Below are positions 1 through 9,173 of a stretch of DNA of 64,000 bases, one piece after another (position 1 is the first letter of the stretch; every line of letters starts with the position of its first letter). The position numbers and the translations under genes are program-made. Source of the DNA: an uncultured Planctomycetota bacterium (GTDB lineage Bacteria; Planctomycetota; Planctomycetia; Gemmatales; Gemmataceae); the NCBI GenBank assembly GCA_963849325.1, contig CAWKHF010000002.1, positions 864,001-928,000 on the forward strand, written 5' to 3'. Under the pieces are notes generated by a model. It saw only the letters and a list, made by a program, of their open reading frames with translations, had not been told where the DNA came from and ran no database searches.

Positions 1-990
1 GAACTTCAGCATGTGGAACGTCTGTCCGTTCAGCCCGCAGCGCTCCTGCCGATAAAAGATTGGCCCCGGACTGGTCAACTTGACCAGCAGCGCGATCAGT
101 CCCATCAGCGGCGACAGCACGACCAGCCCGACCGCCGACAGCGCCACATCCATGACGCGCTTGACGACGATGTTCAGGCCGAAGTGCGGACTTTCGCGGA
201 GACCGATCAGCGGCAGGCCGTCGAGATTGGTGGTGGTCAGCGACAGGCCGGCGAGGTTGGGCACGTCGCAGACCATGCGCACCTCGACCAGCGAGCGCGA
301 CAGGATGGCGAAGACGCGGCGGGCGTCGTCGGTGCGGTCCAGCGGCAGGGCGACGAAGACGTGCTGGACGCCGTACTTCTGGATCAGTTCCGGCAGGTCG
401 GCGAAGCCGCCCAGTACGTCGAGGTCGCCGGACAGCCGGCTGGTCCGTTCCTCGACGAAGCCGATGTTTTTGATGCCCAGCCAGTTGACGCGCTGCAGGG
501 CGCGGGCCATCTTGCGAGCGCCTCGGCCGGCGCCTACGATGATCGAGTACGTCTGGTTATAGCCGCGGCTGCGCAGTGTGCGGATGATGGCCCAGGCCCC
601 GCGCCGACCGACCAGGACCAGCGCCGCGCTGAGCACCCAGAAGAGCAGGAGGGTGGCCCGCGATTCGTAGGGGTCGTGCAGGAAGAAGATGGTCGCCATG
701 ACCATTAGCGACAGAAGCAGGCTGCCCTTGAAGACCGCGACCATCTCTTCGCGGAAGCGGCGCAGCCGGCCGACGGTGTACTGGCCGGCCAGGCGGTAGG
801 CGACGGCGCTGAGCAGCCACAACAGCGGCACCTGGCGCCAGCACAGGTAGAATGGCGGCGTCACCTTCTCGACCTGGAGCCAGCCGGTCTCAAAGCGCAG
901 ATAATATGCCAGGAACCAGGCGGCCGTGGTCAGGACCAGGTCGGTGAGAAGAAAGCAAGAGCTGAGCAGCTGGCTGCGCTGATGAATCAT
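1..990 (-). CDS. Undecaprenyl-phosphate glucose phosphotransferase (WcaJ/CpsE-type priming glycosyltransferase), 3' end runs off the window
   Basis: Hand translation from ATG 990: MIHQRSQLLSSCFLLTDLVL, several TM segments, SIIVGAGRGARKMA (Rossmann-like), then KRVMDVALS...VKLTSPGPIFYRQERCGLNGQTFHMLKF, the bacterial sugar transferase signature. Absent from the ORF track because it lacks a stop. Confidence 0.9.
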   Translation of the reverse strand, partial: MIHQRSQLLSSCFLLTDLVLTTAAWFLAYYLRFETGWLQVEKVTPPFYLCWRQVPLLWLLSAVAYRLAGQYTVGRLRRFREEMVAVFKGSLLLSLMVMATIFFLHDPYESRATLLLFWVLSAALVLVGRRGAWAIIRTLRSRGYNQTYSIIVGAGRGARKMARALQRVNWLGIKNIGFVEERTSRLSGDLDVLGGFADLPELIQKYGVQHVFVALPLDRTDDARRVFAILSRSLVEVRMVCDVPNLAGLSLTTTNLDGLPLIGLRESPHFGLNIVVKRVMDVALSAVGLVVLSPLMGLIALLVKLTSPGPIFYRQERCGLNGQTFHMLKF

Positions 991-1101
991 AACGGTCCCC
1001 GTCCGTGGGGTCAGGCCCGAAGTTCCCCTCCGTGGAACCGTGAAGTGTTAGCACGACCCCGGCAACGCTGTCAAGCCGAGGCCAGACCACAAAACCATTC
1101 C

Positions 1102-1247
1102 CACCACGGAAAACACGGAAAACACGGAAAAAAGACAAAAACCAATCAGCGCCGAACGAACATGGTGAGTGGCTCCCTTATTGTTTGTCCTGATTCGGAA
1201 CTGTATTCTTTTGTCTTTTTTCCGTGTTTTCCGTGTATTCCGTGGTG
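1102..1247. repeat. Inverted repeat built from 9-bp tandem units (ACACGGAAA)
   Basis: 39-bp arms 1102-1140 (CACCACGGAAAACACGGAAAACACGGAAAAAAGACAAAA) and 1209-1247, one mismatch; AT-rich spacer. Confidence 0.95.
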
Positions 1248-1266
1248 ATTCATCTTGGGAGAGGTG

Positions 1267-1881
1267 ATGGCCGCGAATGATCTCGTGCTCGCCTTCACCG
1301 GCGCCAGTGGTGCAGTTTATGGCCTACGTCTGCTGGAAGTGCTGCTTGACGCCGGCCGCACGATCCATCTCGTCATCAGTCCGTCCGCGGTGGAAGTGAT
1401 GGAGCAAGAACTGGATCGCCACGTTCGCCTCGATCGCTTTGTCCTCGCGGACTTGCTGGGCGACAGGGTGGGCACGGTCGATGCCGAGCGAGTGTACTTT
1501 CACCCGTTCATGGACTTTCGGGCCGGCATCGCCAGCGGGTCGTTCCTGACGGGCGGCATGGTCGTCTGTCCGTGCAGCATGGGCACAACGGCGGCCATCG
1601 CGCACGGCCTCTCGCAAAACCTCATTCACCGCGCCGCCGACGTCCACCTGAAGGAACGGCGGCCCCTCATCCTGGTGCCGCGCGAGACGCCGTTGCACCT
1701 GCTCCAACTTCGCAATCTCGTTGCCTGTGCCGAGGCCGGCGCCGTCGTGATGCCGGCGATGCCCGCCTTCTACACCCGGCCGCAAACGCTCCAGGACGCC
1801 GTCGATTTCATCGTCGGCCGCGTCTGCGATCAACTCGGCATCGAACATCATCTGTCGCCGCGCTGGGGTGAGACTCCGTGA
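1267..1881 (+). CDS. ubiX: Flavin prenyltransferase UbiX
   Basis: LVLAFTGASGAVYG, IASGSF, CPCSMGT, RAADVHLKERRPLILVPRETP, PAMPAFY motifs; GGAGAGG before ATG 1267. Confidence 0.95.
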   Translation: MAANDLVLAFTGASGAVYGLRLLEVLLDAGRTIHLVISPSAVEVMEQELDRHVRLDRFVLADLLGDRVGTVDAERVYFHPFMDFRAGIASGSFLTGGMVVCPCSMGTTAAIAHGLSQNLIHRAADVHLKERRPLILVPRETPLHLLQLRNLVACAEAGAVVMPAMPAFYTRPQTLQDAVDFIVGRVCDQLGIEHHLSPRWGETP

Positions 1882-1902
1882 TGAAGAGCGGCGCGGACAC
1901 TC

Positions 1903-3207
1903 TCACCGTGTCCCGATGCCGTACAGCGCGGACCGGGCACGGAGAAAGATGCGCCCGTCCGAGACAGCGGGAGAAGCGATCGTGTCGCCCTTGATCTCGT
2001 TGACGGCGAGCTTGTGGAACTGCGGCGCCGCGGCAACCACCGTGCAGAGTCCGGCGCGGTTGAGGAAATAGATCCGCCCGTCGGCGGCCAGGGGCGACGC
2101 TTTGTAATCGCCGGGCAAGCGTTCTTCCCACTTCCTTTCGCCGGTGCGGGCGTCGCAGCAGTGGACGATGCCGTTGTCGCTGACCCAGAACAACAGGTTA
2201 TCCCAGGCAACCGGAGAGGGGCTATCGGACGTGCCCTTCGTTTGCTGCCAAACAATCTCCGGTTTGTCGTCTTTCCGCTTCGGGGGGCGGACGGCGAGAA
2301 GAGGGCCGCGCATGCCCTGGGTGGCGTAGACCAGTCCATTCGCTGCGGTCGGGCCGGTGATGGTGCGCCCTCCGACAATGCCGGGCAAGGCCCAGAGCTG
2401 CTTGCCGGTCGCCGCGTCGTAGGCGTCGAGTTGGTTGCCACCCATGACCACCAGCTCCCATCGATCACCGAGCTTGTGCAGAAGGGGCGTCGTGTAGGAA
2501 TCGCACTGCTCCGCCGTTGCCTGCGTTTGTCGGGGCGTTTTCCATTTCACCGCCCCCGTTCGCTTGTCATGAGCGATCAGGTAGCTCGGTGCGAGGGAAT
2601 CGCCGAGGTCGGCGAGAGAATCCTGCATGCACACGCTGATAACCACGTCCTGGAACAGCACCGGGCTGTTGGCGTGCCCCCACCAAATCGAATACGTGCC
2701 CTCTTCCTTCTGGAGATTGCGCCGCCAGAGTTGTTTGCCATCGAAGTTGTAGGCAGCGAGGTCGCCGTTGCCGAAGTGGAAGACGACGACTTCGCCATCG
2801 GTCACCGGCGAGGGACTGGCGAGATTGTGCAGCTTGTGGAATTTCTGGTGACGGCGTTTCTCGCCGTCGGGCGTCTGCCGGTTGGCCACGCCGGTCCCCA
2901 CCTTCCGCGACCAGACGATGCGGCCGCTACTCCGGTCGATCCGCAATGCCAGCAGATCCTCCCCTTCCTGGGACGTGAGGAAGATAGCATCACACCACAC
3001 CGCCGGGGTGCTGTCGCCCTCGCCAGGGAGGCGGCACGTCCAGAGGATCTTTTCTTTTTCCGACCACTGGAGGGGTAAATGCTTTTCGGCGCTGACGCCG
3101 TCACCCCTCGGACCGCGCCACTGCGGCCAGTTGTCTCCCCGAGCCGGGATCACACCGAGAAGGAGCAAAGTCAAAAGCACGATGGAGCGCGCGGCAGCGG
3201 TGTGCAT
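1903..3207 (-). CDS. Secreted PQQ-binding-like beta-propeller repeat protein (planctomycete BamB-like family)
   Basis: Signal peptide then DNWPQWRGPRGDG, SPSPVTDGE, YKASPLAADGRIY, ASPAVSDGRIFLR. Confidence 0.9.
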   Translation of the reverse strand: MHTAAARSIVLLTLLLLGVIPARGDNWPQWRGPRGDGVSAEKHLPLQWSEKEKILWTCRLPGEGDSTPAVWCDAIFLTSQEGEDLLALRIDRSSGRIVWSRKVGTGVANRQTPDGEKRRHQKFHKLHNLASPSPVTDGEVVVFHFGNGDLAAYNFDGKQLWRRNLQKEEGTYSIWWGHANSPVLFQDVVISVCMQDSLADLGDSLAPSYLIAHDKRTGAVKWKTPRQTQATAEQCDSYTTPLLHKLGDRWELVVMGGNQLDAYDAATGKQLWALPGIVGGRTITGPTAANGLVYATQGMRGPLLAVRPPKRKDDKPEIVWQQTKGTSDSPSPVAWDNLLFWVSDNGIVHCCDARTGERKWEERLPGDYKASPLAADGRIYFLNRAGLCTVVAAAPQFHKLAVNEIKGDTIASPAVSDGRIFLRARSALYGIGTR

Positions 3208-3235
3208 GCGGGATCTCCGGGCGCGGACAGGGTGG

Positions 3236-3922
3236 TCACGCCGACGACGACACGCCGATGAGGGTAAGTCCGACGGGCAAAGTGGCCTTCTTGTCGCCGG
3301 CCTTCACTTCCTGCAGATAGAACAAGACCCAGTGGTTCTCTTCCTTCTTTTCCAGCTTTGGCTCGGCTGCCGCCCCCGTGCCGGGGAACAGGAGCAGGAC
3401 GCCGGGATGGCCGTCGGTCGTCTTGCCGCTCAGCTCCTGGAGCGCCTTGGGTGCCATCGTATCGGGCTTCTTGTCCTCGGCGGCGGGCGAGAGGAGGAGA
3501 AACTCGCTGTAAGGAGCGGTGCCCATGTGATCGCCGTCCATCGGCTGGTTGGCCAGCCGCAGCGTGTACACGCCGGCGGGGATTTTCTGCTTGCGGTAGT
3601 CCGTGATTTGTTTGGGGAAGCGAATGGCGCCGAACAGGCTCGTCTCGGCGACCTCGTGGTAGGTCAGGCCGTTCTTGACCTGGGCGTCGGTGGCTCGGAT
3701 GGGCAGGTCTTTGCGGAACCACACTTCCGCGAGGACGTCGCCCTTGGCGTTGAGCAACTGAACACAGTGGTCGCCGAGTAGCTTGCGGATCGACCCTTGT
3801 ACCTCGGCGGGGGCCGCCGTCTTGTCCAAGGTCTTAACGGTATAGGGGTTGTCGGCCGCACGCAGCGGAAGGGCGGTCAACAGGAACATGCCAACCAGGC
3901 AACCCGGATTACGCCATGCCAT
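3236..3922 (-). CDS. Secreted hypothetical protein
   Basis: Signal peptide (LPLRA-AD), good coding composition, conserved-looking DYRKQKIPAGVYTLR...QPMDGDHMG core; co-oriented between neighbours. Confidence 0.75.
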   Translation of the reverse strand: MAWRNPGCLVGMFLLTALPLRAADNPYTVKTLDKTAAPAEVQGSIRKLLGDHCVQLLNAKGDVLAEVWFRKDLPIRATDAQVKNGLTYHEVAETSLFGAIRFPKQITDYRKQKIPAGVYTLRLANQPMDGDHMGTAPYSEFLLLSPAAEDKKPDTMAPKALQELSGKTTDGHPGVLLLFPGTGAAAEPKLEKKEENHWVLFYLQEVKAGDKKATLPVGLTLIGVSSSA

Positions 3923-3942
3923 CAATGGGGTCTCCCGTAATA

Positions 3943-4009
3943 CGTTTAGCCGCGACGCGCAGCGGAGCGCGGGACAGACCCGCGCTCCGCTGCGCGTCGC
4001 GGCTAAACG
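3943..4009. repeat. REP-like perfect hairpin
   Basis: 31-bp perfect arms CGTTTAGCCGCGACGCGCAGCGGAGCGCGGG and its reverse complement, 5-nt loop ACAGA, between co-oriented genes. Confidence 0.9.
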
Positions 4010-4020
4010 GGGAACGCGTT

Positions 4021-4683
4021 TCAGCGAATGGCGAAGGTGCCCAGGTACGCGCCGCGCCGGCCGCTGTCCTTCCAGGTGCCATCGACACCCTTGCCGGTAT
4101 AGGTGTTCTCGACGGCCAGGGCCGGCTGCACTTTCACGTCGCGGGCCAGCGGCGGGAAAAAGGCGGACTCATTGCCGCATACCTTGTCGTGCTTGTGATC
4201 CAGACAGCGCGTCTCGATGCGGGCATCGCCGGCCGTCAGCGTACCGCAGCCGCCCTCGGCGCAGTCGCAGACACTCAGGTCGATGCGGGCGCTGCGAACG
4301 GCGACGACATTGCCGAGCAGTTCGCCGCCTTGTTTCTGGGCCAGGCGGACCAGGGCGCGGCGCTGGGCCGTGGTGGCGCGCTTCTCGACGATCAGCACGG
4401 CCTTGGCTGGGCCGGTCTGCTGAGTGCCGAGCGTGTCGCTGGCCGCGACGACGGCGACGACGCCGAGTCCGTCGAGGTTGACCTTATCGAACTCGCCTTT
4501 CTCGACTTTCCAGGCCAGGATGGCGTGCTTGCCGCCGATGTTGACGTCGGCGTTGGCGAAGCAAGGGCCGGTCCAGACGTCGGTGGTGCGGGCCTCGATG
4601 TAGTGGCCGGTCAGGCCGGCGGCCGGCAACGGGGCGGCGGCGAGCGGAAGGGCAAGAGCGGCGAAGGCCAGGATGCGTTTCAT
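4021..4683 (-). CDS. Secreted DUF1326-like Cys-containing protein
   Basis: Signal peptide; GHYIEARTTDVWTGPCFANA, LDGLGVVAVV, QRRALV; C-terminal VCGNE. Confidence 0.75.
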   Translation of the reverse strand: MKRILAFAALALPLAAAPLPAAGLTGHYIEARTTDVWTGPCFANADVNIGGKHAILAWKVEKGEFDKVNLDGLGVVAVVAASDTLGTQQTGPAKAVLIVEKRATTAQRRALVRLAQKQGGELLGNVVAVRSARIDLSVCDCAEGGCGTLTAGDARIETRCLDHKHDKVCGNESAFFPPLARDVKVQPALAVENTYTGKGVDGTWKDSGRRGAYLGTFAIR

Positions 4684-4771
4684 CGCAGGTTTTCTCCTGT
4701 GCGAAGAGGAATTCGATCAATGGCGGGGAGTGAAACACTTCCCATCATTTTTGAGGGAAATCACGGCGCCG

Positions 4772-5725
4772 TCAAGAGGCGTTTCGCCGCGCCCAGCGGA
4801 GTTTGGCCGAACGCGAACGAGGGTTGGCCGTCCGCTCGGCCAGCGAAGCACGGAGAGGTTCGTCGGAAATGGCGTCGTAAAGGCCCGTGCGAAGCCCGTC
4901 GCGGAAGGCCGACTTGACCTGCCGATCCTCGCCGCTGTGAAAGCTAATAATCGCTCCCACACCGCCGGGAGCGAGCACTCCGGGCAGCACGCGCAGCAGC
5001 TGTTCGAGGTTGCCCCGTTCGCGGTTGACGAGGATGCGCAGCGCCTGGAAGGTCCGCGCCGCCGGGTGCAGGTTCCAGCGCCCCGGAGAGGGGTGCAACC
5101 GCCAGCGTGCGTTCGCGCCGCCGGGCTGCATCGCCTCCAGGATGACGCGCGTCACGTCGCTCGTCCGTTCGAGCGGCCCATGCTGCCGGGCCGCCACGAG
5201 GGCGGCGGCGACGCGCTCCGCCTCCGGTTCGTCGCCGAGGTCGCGCAGCGCCCGCGTCAACTCCTCCTCCGAGATGGACGCCAGCACCTGCGCCGCCGTG
5301 CGGCCGCGCGAGCGGTCCATGCGCATGTCGAGCGGGCCGTCGCGGACATAGGAGAAGCCACGCTCGGCATCGTCCACTTGCATACTCGACATGCCGAGAT
5401 CGGCGAGGATGGCCTGCACGGTCCCAATGCCTTCGGCCGCCAGGATGGCGGGCAGGGCGGCGAAGTTGCCGTGGTGCAGACGGAAGGGCAGTCCCGTCGC
5501 CGACAGGCGCTCGCGGGCGCGCGTCAGGTTCTCCGCGTCGAGATCGAGTCCGATCAGGCACCCCTCCGGCCCGGCGCGGCGCAGCAGTTCGACGGAATGC
5601 CCGGCCCAGCCGACCGTCGCATCGACGACCACCGCCCCGGGGCGCAAGGCCAGCACGGCAAGCACCTCGTCCAGCAGCACCGGACGATGTTCCCCCGGCG
5701 GTGTACTACGGCGGCCGCGAAACAT
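4772..5725 (-). CDS. rsmH: 16S rRNA (cytosine(1402)-N4)-methyltransferase RsmH
   Basis: HRPVLLDEVL, VDATVGWAGHS, ADLGMSSMQVD...RGFSY..DGPLDMRMD, ISFHSGEDR, NPRSRSAKLR; start 5725 or 5776. Confidence 0.95.
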   Translation of the reverse strand: MFRGRRSTPPGEHRPVLLDEVLAVLALRPGAVVVDATVGWAGHSVELLRRAGPEGCLIGLDLDAENLTRARERLSATGLPFRLHHGNFAALPAILAAEGIGTVQAILADLGMSSMQVDDAERGFSYVRDGPLDMRMDRSRGRTAAQVLASISEEELTRALRDLGDEPEAERVAAALVAARQHGPLERTSDVTRVILEAMQPGGANARWRLHPSPGRWNLHPAARTFQALRILVNRERGNLEQLLRVLPGVLAPGGVGAIISFHSGEDRQVKSAFRDGLRTGLYDAISDEPLRASLAERTANPRSRSAKLRWARRNAS

Positions 5726-5850
5726 TCGCTTTCTCCCTCGCGCACTCCGCTTTTCCTCTTCCACGGCCTGGTGCATCCCTTTACCATGTGGCCTTACCGA
5801 TCCGCAGGCCCGCCCAGCCGAGAGCATCGGCCTTCCGACGAGAGGTCCGC

Positions 5851-7245
5851 ATGACCACGAACGGCTCGACGCCTTCCGCTTCCCCTCCTGCCGACTCGGC
5901 GGTCGTTCTCTCGACTCCCGCCAAGATCGGGGATGCCCCCTTGCCGGGGGCGCGGATGGCCCTGGTGCTGCTACTGCTCATCAACCTGTTCAACTATATC
6001 GACCGCCAGGTGCTGGCGGCCAATCTGACGCCAATCGAAGCGCAGCTGCTTCCGAAGGGGGCCATCGACAACAACGAACGTCTCGGCAACCTGGCCCTGG
6101 CGTTCATGGTCTCCTACATGCTCATCGCGCCCCTGTTTGGCTGGCTGGCTGACCGTATGCCGCGCTGGCGCCTGGTGGGGATTGGCGTCATCCTGTGGAG
6201 CCTGGCCAGCGGCGCCTCGGGCCTGGCGGGGACGGCCGGTCCCTTCGCCCACCTGGGGGGAATGTACGCGGTCGTCGGCACGTTTACGTTCTTGTTGTGT
6301 ACCCGCTGCTTCGTCGGCATCGGCGAGGCCGCCTACGGGCCGGTGGCGCCGACTGTCCTCTCGGACCTTTACCCGGTCAAGGTCCGCGGCAGCGTCCTGG
6401 CCTGGTTCTATGCAGCCATCCCCGTCGGAGGCGCCCTGGGCTATGCATTCGGCGGCCTGCTCGGTTGGCCGTGGGCGTTTTACTGGGTCGTGCCGCCGGG
6501 CCTCTTGCTCGGCCTGTGGTGTTTTTGGATGCCGGAACCCCCGAAGGGATTAGTGGACCTCCATCACGGCATCCCCGCTCGCCGCCCCACCCCGAAGGAT
6601 TATCTCGTTCTCTTTCGCACCCCTTCCTACGTGCTGGATTGCCTCGGCATGTCGGCCATGACTTTCGCCGTGGGCGGCATCGCCCATTTCATGCCGCACT
6701 ACATCCACGGGACCAAGGGTGTCGAGGATCTCGCTCAGATCAATATCCTCTTCGGCGCCATCGTGGTCGTCTCCGGTTTGAGCGCTACCCTGCTGGGCGG
6801 GACCGCCGGCGACCGTTTGCGGGCTCGTTTCTCCGGATCGTACTTTCTGGTCTCGGGCGTCCCGATGCTGTTGGCGTTCCCCTGCTTTCTCGGCGTGCTG
6901 ATGCTGGATTTCCCGCTCGCCTGGATTTTCATCTTCCTCACGTGTTTCTGTCTCTTCTTCAACACCGGCCCCAGCAACACGATCCTGGCCAACGTCACGC
7001 ACCCGGCGATCCGAGCCCAGGGTTTTGCCCTGAACATTCTCATCATCCACCTTCTGGGCGACGCCATCTCGCCGACGATCATCGGCCGCATCGCTGCCCT
7101 CTACGCCAAGGATGGGCAGTCGAATTTGACCGCCGGCTTTTTTGGCGTGTCGCTGCTTATTCTGGCGGGGGGCGTGTTCTGGCTGGCCGGGATCCCCTTC
7201 CTGGCCCGCGACACCGCCCTCGCTCCGCACCGCCTCGGCGACTGA
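5851..7245 (+). CDS. MFS transporter, spinster-like
   Basis: INLFNYIDRQ, GWLADRMPR, RCFVGIGEAAYGPVAPTVLSDLYP, IHLLGDAISP; about 12 TM segments. Confidence 0.9.
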   Translation: MTTNGSTPSASPPADSAVVLSTPAKIGDAPLPGARMALVLLLLINLFNYIDRQVLAANLTPIEAQLLPKGAIDNNERLGNLALAFMVSYMLIAPLFGWLADRMPRWRLVGIGVILWSLASGASGLAGTAGPFAHLGGMYAVVGTFTFLLCTRCFVGIGEAAYGPVAPTVLSDLYPVKVRGSVLAWFYAAIPVGGALGYAFGGLLGWPWAFYWVVPPGLLLGLWCFWMPEPPKGLVDLHHGIPARRPTPKDYLVLFRTPSYVLDCLGMSAMTFAVGGIAHFMPHYIHGTKGVEDLAQINILFGAIVVVSGLSATLLGGTAGDRLRARFSGSYFLVSGVPMLLAFPCFLGVLMLDFPLAWIFIFLTCFCLFFNTGPSNTILANVTHPAIRAQGFALNILIIHLLGDAISPTIIGRIAALYAKDGQSNLTAGFFGVSLLILAGGVFWLAGIPFLARDTALAPHRLGD

Positions 7246-7391
7246 CAGCGACTCGTCGCCTCGCCCTCTCTTGCCCCCCTTCGGCCGCGTTCCTATAGTA
7301 GCAGCGAAGGGAGTCAGCGCCCGTCCTCGACACTTCGGTCGAGGTTTCTTTTTGAACTACATTGTGAAAAAAGTCACGAAGTAGGCCCGAG

Positions 7392-7799
7392 ATGGATTTC
7401 ACCTTATCGACTTACTATCCGATCTTCCTGTTCTTGCTGGTGATCGTCGGCTTTGCCGTGTCGGCGCTGGCGGCGACGCACTTGCTGGGACCGCAGCGGA
7501 AAACGCCGGTCAAGCAGATGCCTTACGAATCGGGCATGGACCCGATCGGCGACGCCCGCCAGCGCTTTGATGTCAAGTTCTACCTGATCGCCATCCTCTT
7601 CCTCGTCTTCGACGTAGAATTGCTGTTTTTGTATCCGTGGGCGGCCCTGTATCCGTGGCCGAGCGCGTCCGGCGAGCCGGGTTCGGTCCTGCCGGTCGAA
7701 CTGTATAACCTCGTCTTCTGGGAAGTGCTGGTATTCCTGGCGACGGTGGTGATCGCCTACGTCTATGCCTGGCGGAGAGGGGTGTTCCGATGGCGGTAG
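7392..7799 (+). CDS. nuoA: NADH-quinone oxidoreductase subunit A
   Basis: [37 protein letters not shown]. Confidence 0.97.
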   Translation: MDFTLSTYYPIFLFLLVIVGFAVSALAATHLLGPQRKTPVKQMPYESGMDPIGDARQRFDVKFYLIAILFLVFDVELLFLYPWAALYPWPSASGEPGSVLPVELYNLVFWEVLVFLATVVIAYVYAWRRGVFRWR

Positions 7800-8398
7800 G
7801 TGGATTGTCCGAGAGCGTCATGCTGACGCAGTTGGACCAGTTGGCCAACTGGGTGCGCAAGAACAGTCTGTGGCCGATGCCGTTCGCCACGGCCTGCTGC
7901 GGCATCGAGTTGATGGCCACCGGCGCGTCGCGGCACGACATCGCTCGTTTCGGCGCCGAGGCCATGCGTTTCTCGCCGCGACAATGCGACCTGATGATCG
8001 TGGCCGGCCGGGTGGCGATGAAGATGCTGCCGGTGCTGCAACGCATCTGGCTGCAAATGCCGGAGCCGAAGTGGTGCATCTCGATGGGCGCCTGCGCCTC
8101 CTCGGGCGGCGTGTTCGACACTTATGCCGTGGTGCAGGGCGTCGATCGCTTCATTCCGGTCGATGTCTACGTGCCCGGCTGTCCGCCGCGGCCGGAGCAG
8201 TTGTTGCAGTCGGTGATCGACTTGCAAGCGAAGATCCAGCGCACCGGCACCATCACGGGCAAGGAGTTTCGGCAGACGGGACTCTGCCCGCACGCGCCCG
8301 GGCCGTTGGCCTTGGAGGTCCCGCCCGGCGAGAAGATGGTGGCTCCCGGTGATTTCGCCTCGGCAACGCGCTTGCAGCAGCAAGCGCATAAGAATTAA
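7790..8398 (+). CDS. nuoB: NADH-quinone oxidoreductase subunit B
   Basis: [38 protein letters not shown] (N2 ligands). Confidence 0.97.
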   Translation: MAVGGLSESVMLTQLDQLANWVRKNSLWPMPFATACCGIELMATGASRHDIARFGAEAMRFSPRQCDLMIVAGRVAMKMLPVLQRIWLQMPEPKWCISMGACASSGGVFDTYAVVQGVDRFIPVDVYVPGCPPRPEQLLQSVIDLQAKIQRTGTITGKEFRQTGLCPHAPGPLALEVPPGEKMVAPGDFASATRLQQQAHKN

Positions 8399-8508
8399 CC
8401 ACAGATGAACACAGATGAACACGGATGGGAAAGCAAAATGGAAACGGAGAAGGTTTGGAAGTGAATATAAAATATCTTTTTGTTTTTTATCCGTGTTCAT
8501 CTGTGGTT
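8397..8508. repeat. Inverted repeat built from 10-bp tandem units (ACAGATGAAC)
   Basis: AACCACAGATGAACACAGATGAACACGGAT (8397-8426) and ATCCGTGTTCATCTGTGGTT (8489-8508) around an AT-rich spacer; begins in the nuoB stop codon. Confidence 0.92.
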
Positions 8509-8528
8509 CATTCTTCGGAGTGCGGGTC

Positions 8529-9032
8529 ATGACGCCTGACGAGGTCGTCAACAAGCTGCGTGAGAAGTTCGGTGCCGATGGCTTCACGACTTCCGACTTC
8601 CGCGACAATCGCCGGATCATCGTCCCGGCCGAGCGCATCTATGCGGTGTTGGAGTATCTCAAGCAGCCATGCGGCTTCGATTTGCTTGCCGAGTTGGGTG
8701 GGGCCGACTATCTGCAATACCCGGATGCAAGAGACCGCTATGGTGTGTGGTATGTGTTGGTCAACACGACTACGGGGGTCCGTCTCATCATCAAGACGTT
8801 CGCCAACGATCCGGAACCGACTTTGCCGTCGGTTTTCGCGCTGTGGAAGGGCGCCGATTGGATGGAGCGCGAAGTCTACGATATGTATGGTGTCATTTTC
8901 GACGGCCATCCCGACCTGCGCCGCATCCTGATGCCCGATGAATTCACCGCCTTCCCACTGCGCAAGGACTATCCGATGCGTGGCCGAGGCGAGCGCCACA
9001 ATTTTCCGACCATCACGCGGCCCGAGTCGTGA
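8529..9032 (+). CDS. nuoC: NADH-quinone oxidoreductase subunit C
   Basis: ADWMEREVYDMYGVIFDGHPDLRRILMP...PLRKDYP; GGAG before ATG 8529. Confidence 0.97.
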   Translation: MTPDEVVNKLREKFGADGFTTSDFRDNRRIIVPAERIYAVLEYLKQPCGFDLLAELGGADYLQYPDARDRYGVWYVLVNTTTGVRLIIKTFANDPEPTLPSVFALWKGADWMEREVYDMYGVIFDGHPDLRRILMPDEFTAFPLRKDYPMRGRGERHNFPTITRPES

Positions 9033-9162
9033 CAAGGTGACAAGGTGACAAGGTGAATGGGTGACTCCATGACAGGCTGAGTAACGTGAGTTTGGTGCGA
9101 GAGGACAACCACTTGGTTGTCACCTTGTCACCTTGTCACCTTGTCACCTTGTCACCTTGTCA
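9029..9162. repeat. Inverted repeat built from 8-bp tandem units (GTGACAAG / TTGTCACC)
   Basis: 3.5 copies of GTGACAAG at 9029-9056 (the first contains the nuoC TGA) and more than 5 copies of TTGTCACC at 9117-9162. Confidence 0.95.
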
Positions 9163-9173
9163 GGGAGATAGTC

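Noticed and set aside
8397-9162. Tandem repeats as a CRISPR array
   Set aside because: Units are 7-10 bp, directly adjacent with no unique spacers, and no cas genes are present
8415-9173. N-terminal extensions of NuoC (from 8415) and NuoD (from 9117)
   Set aside because: They are translations of the repeat elements (SVFICG, SPCHLVTL); RBS-supported starts are 8529 and 9174
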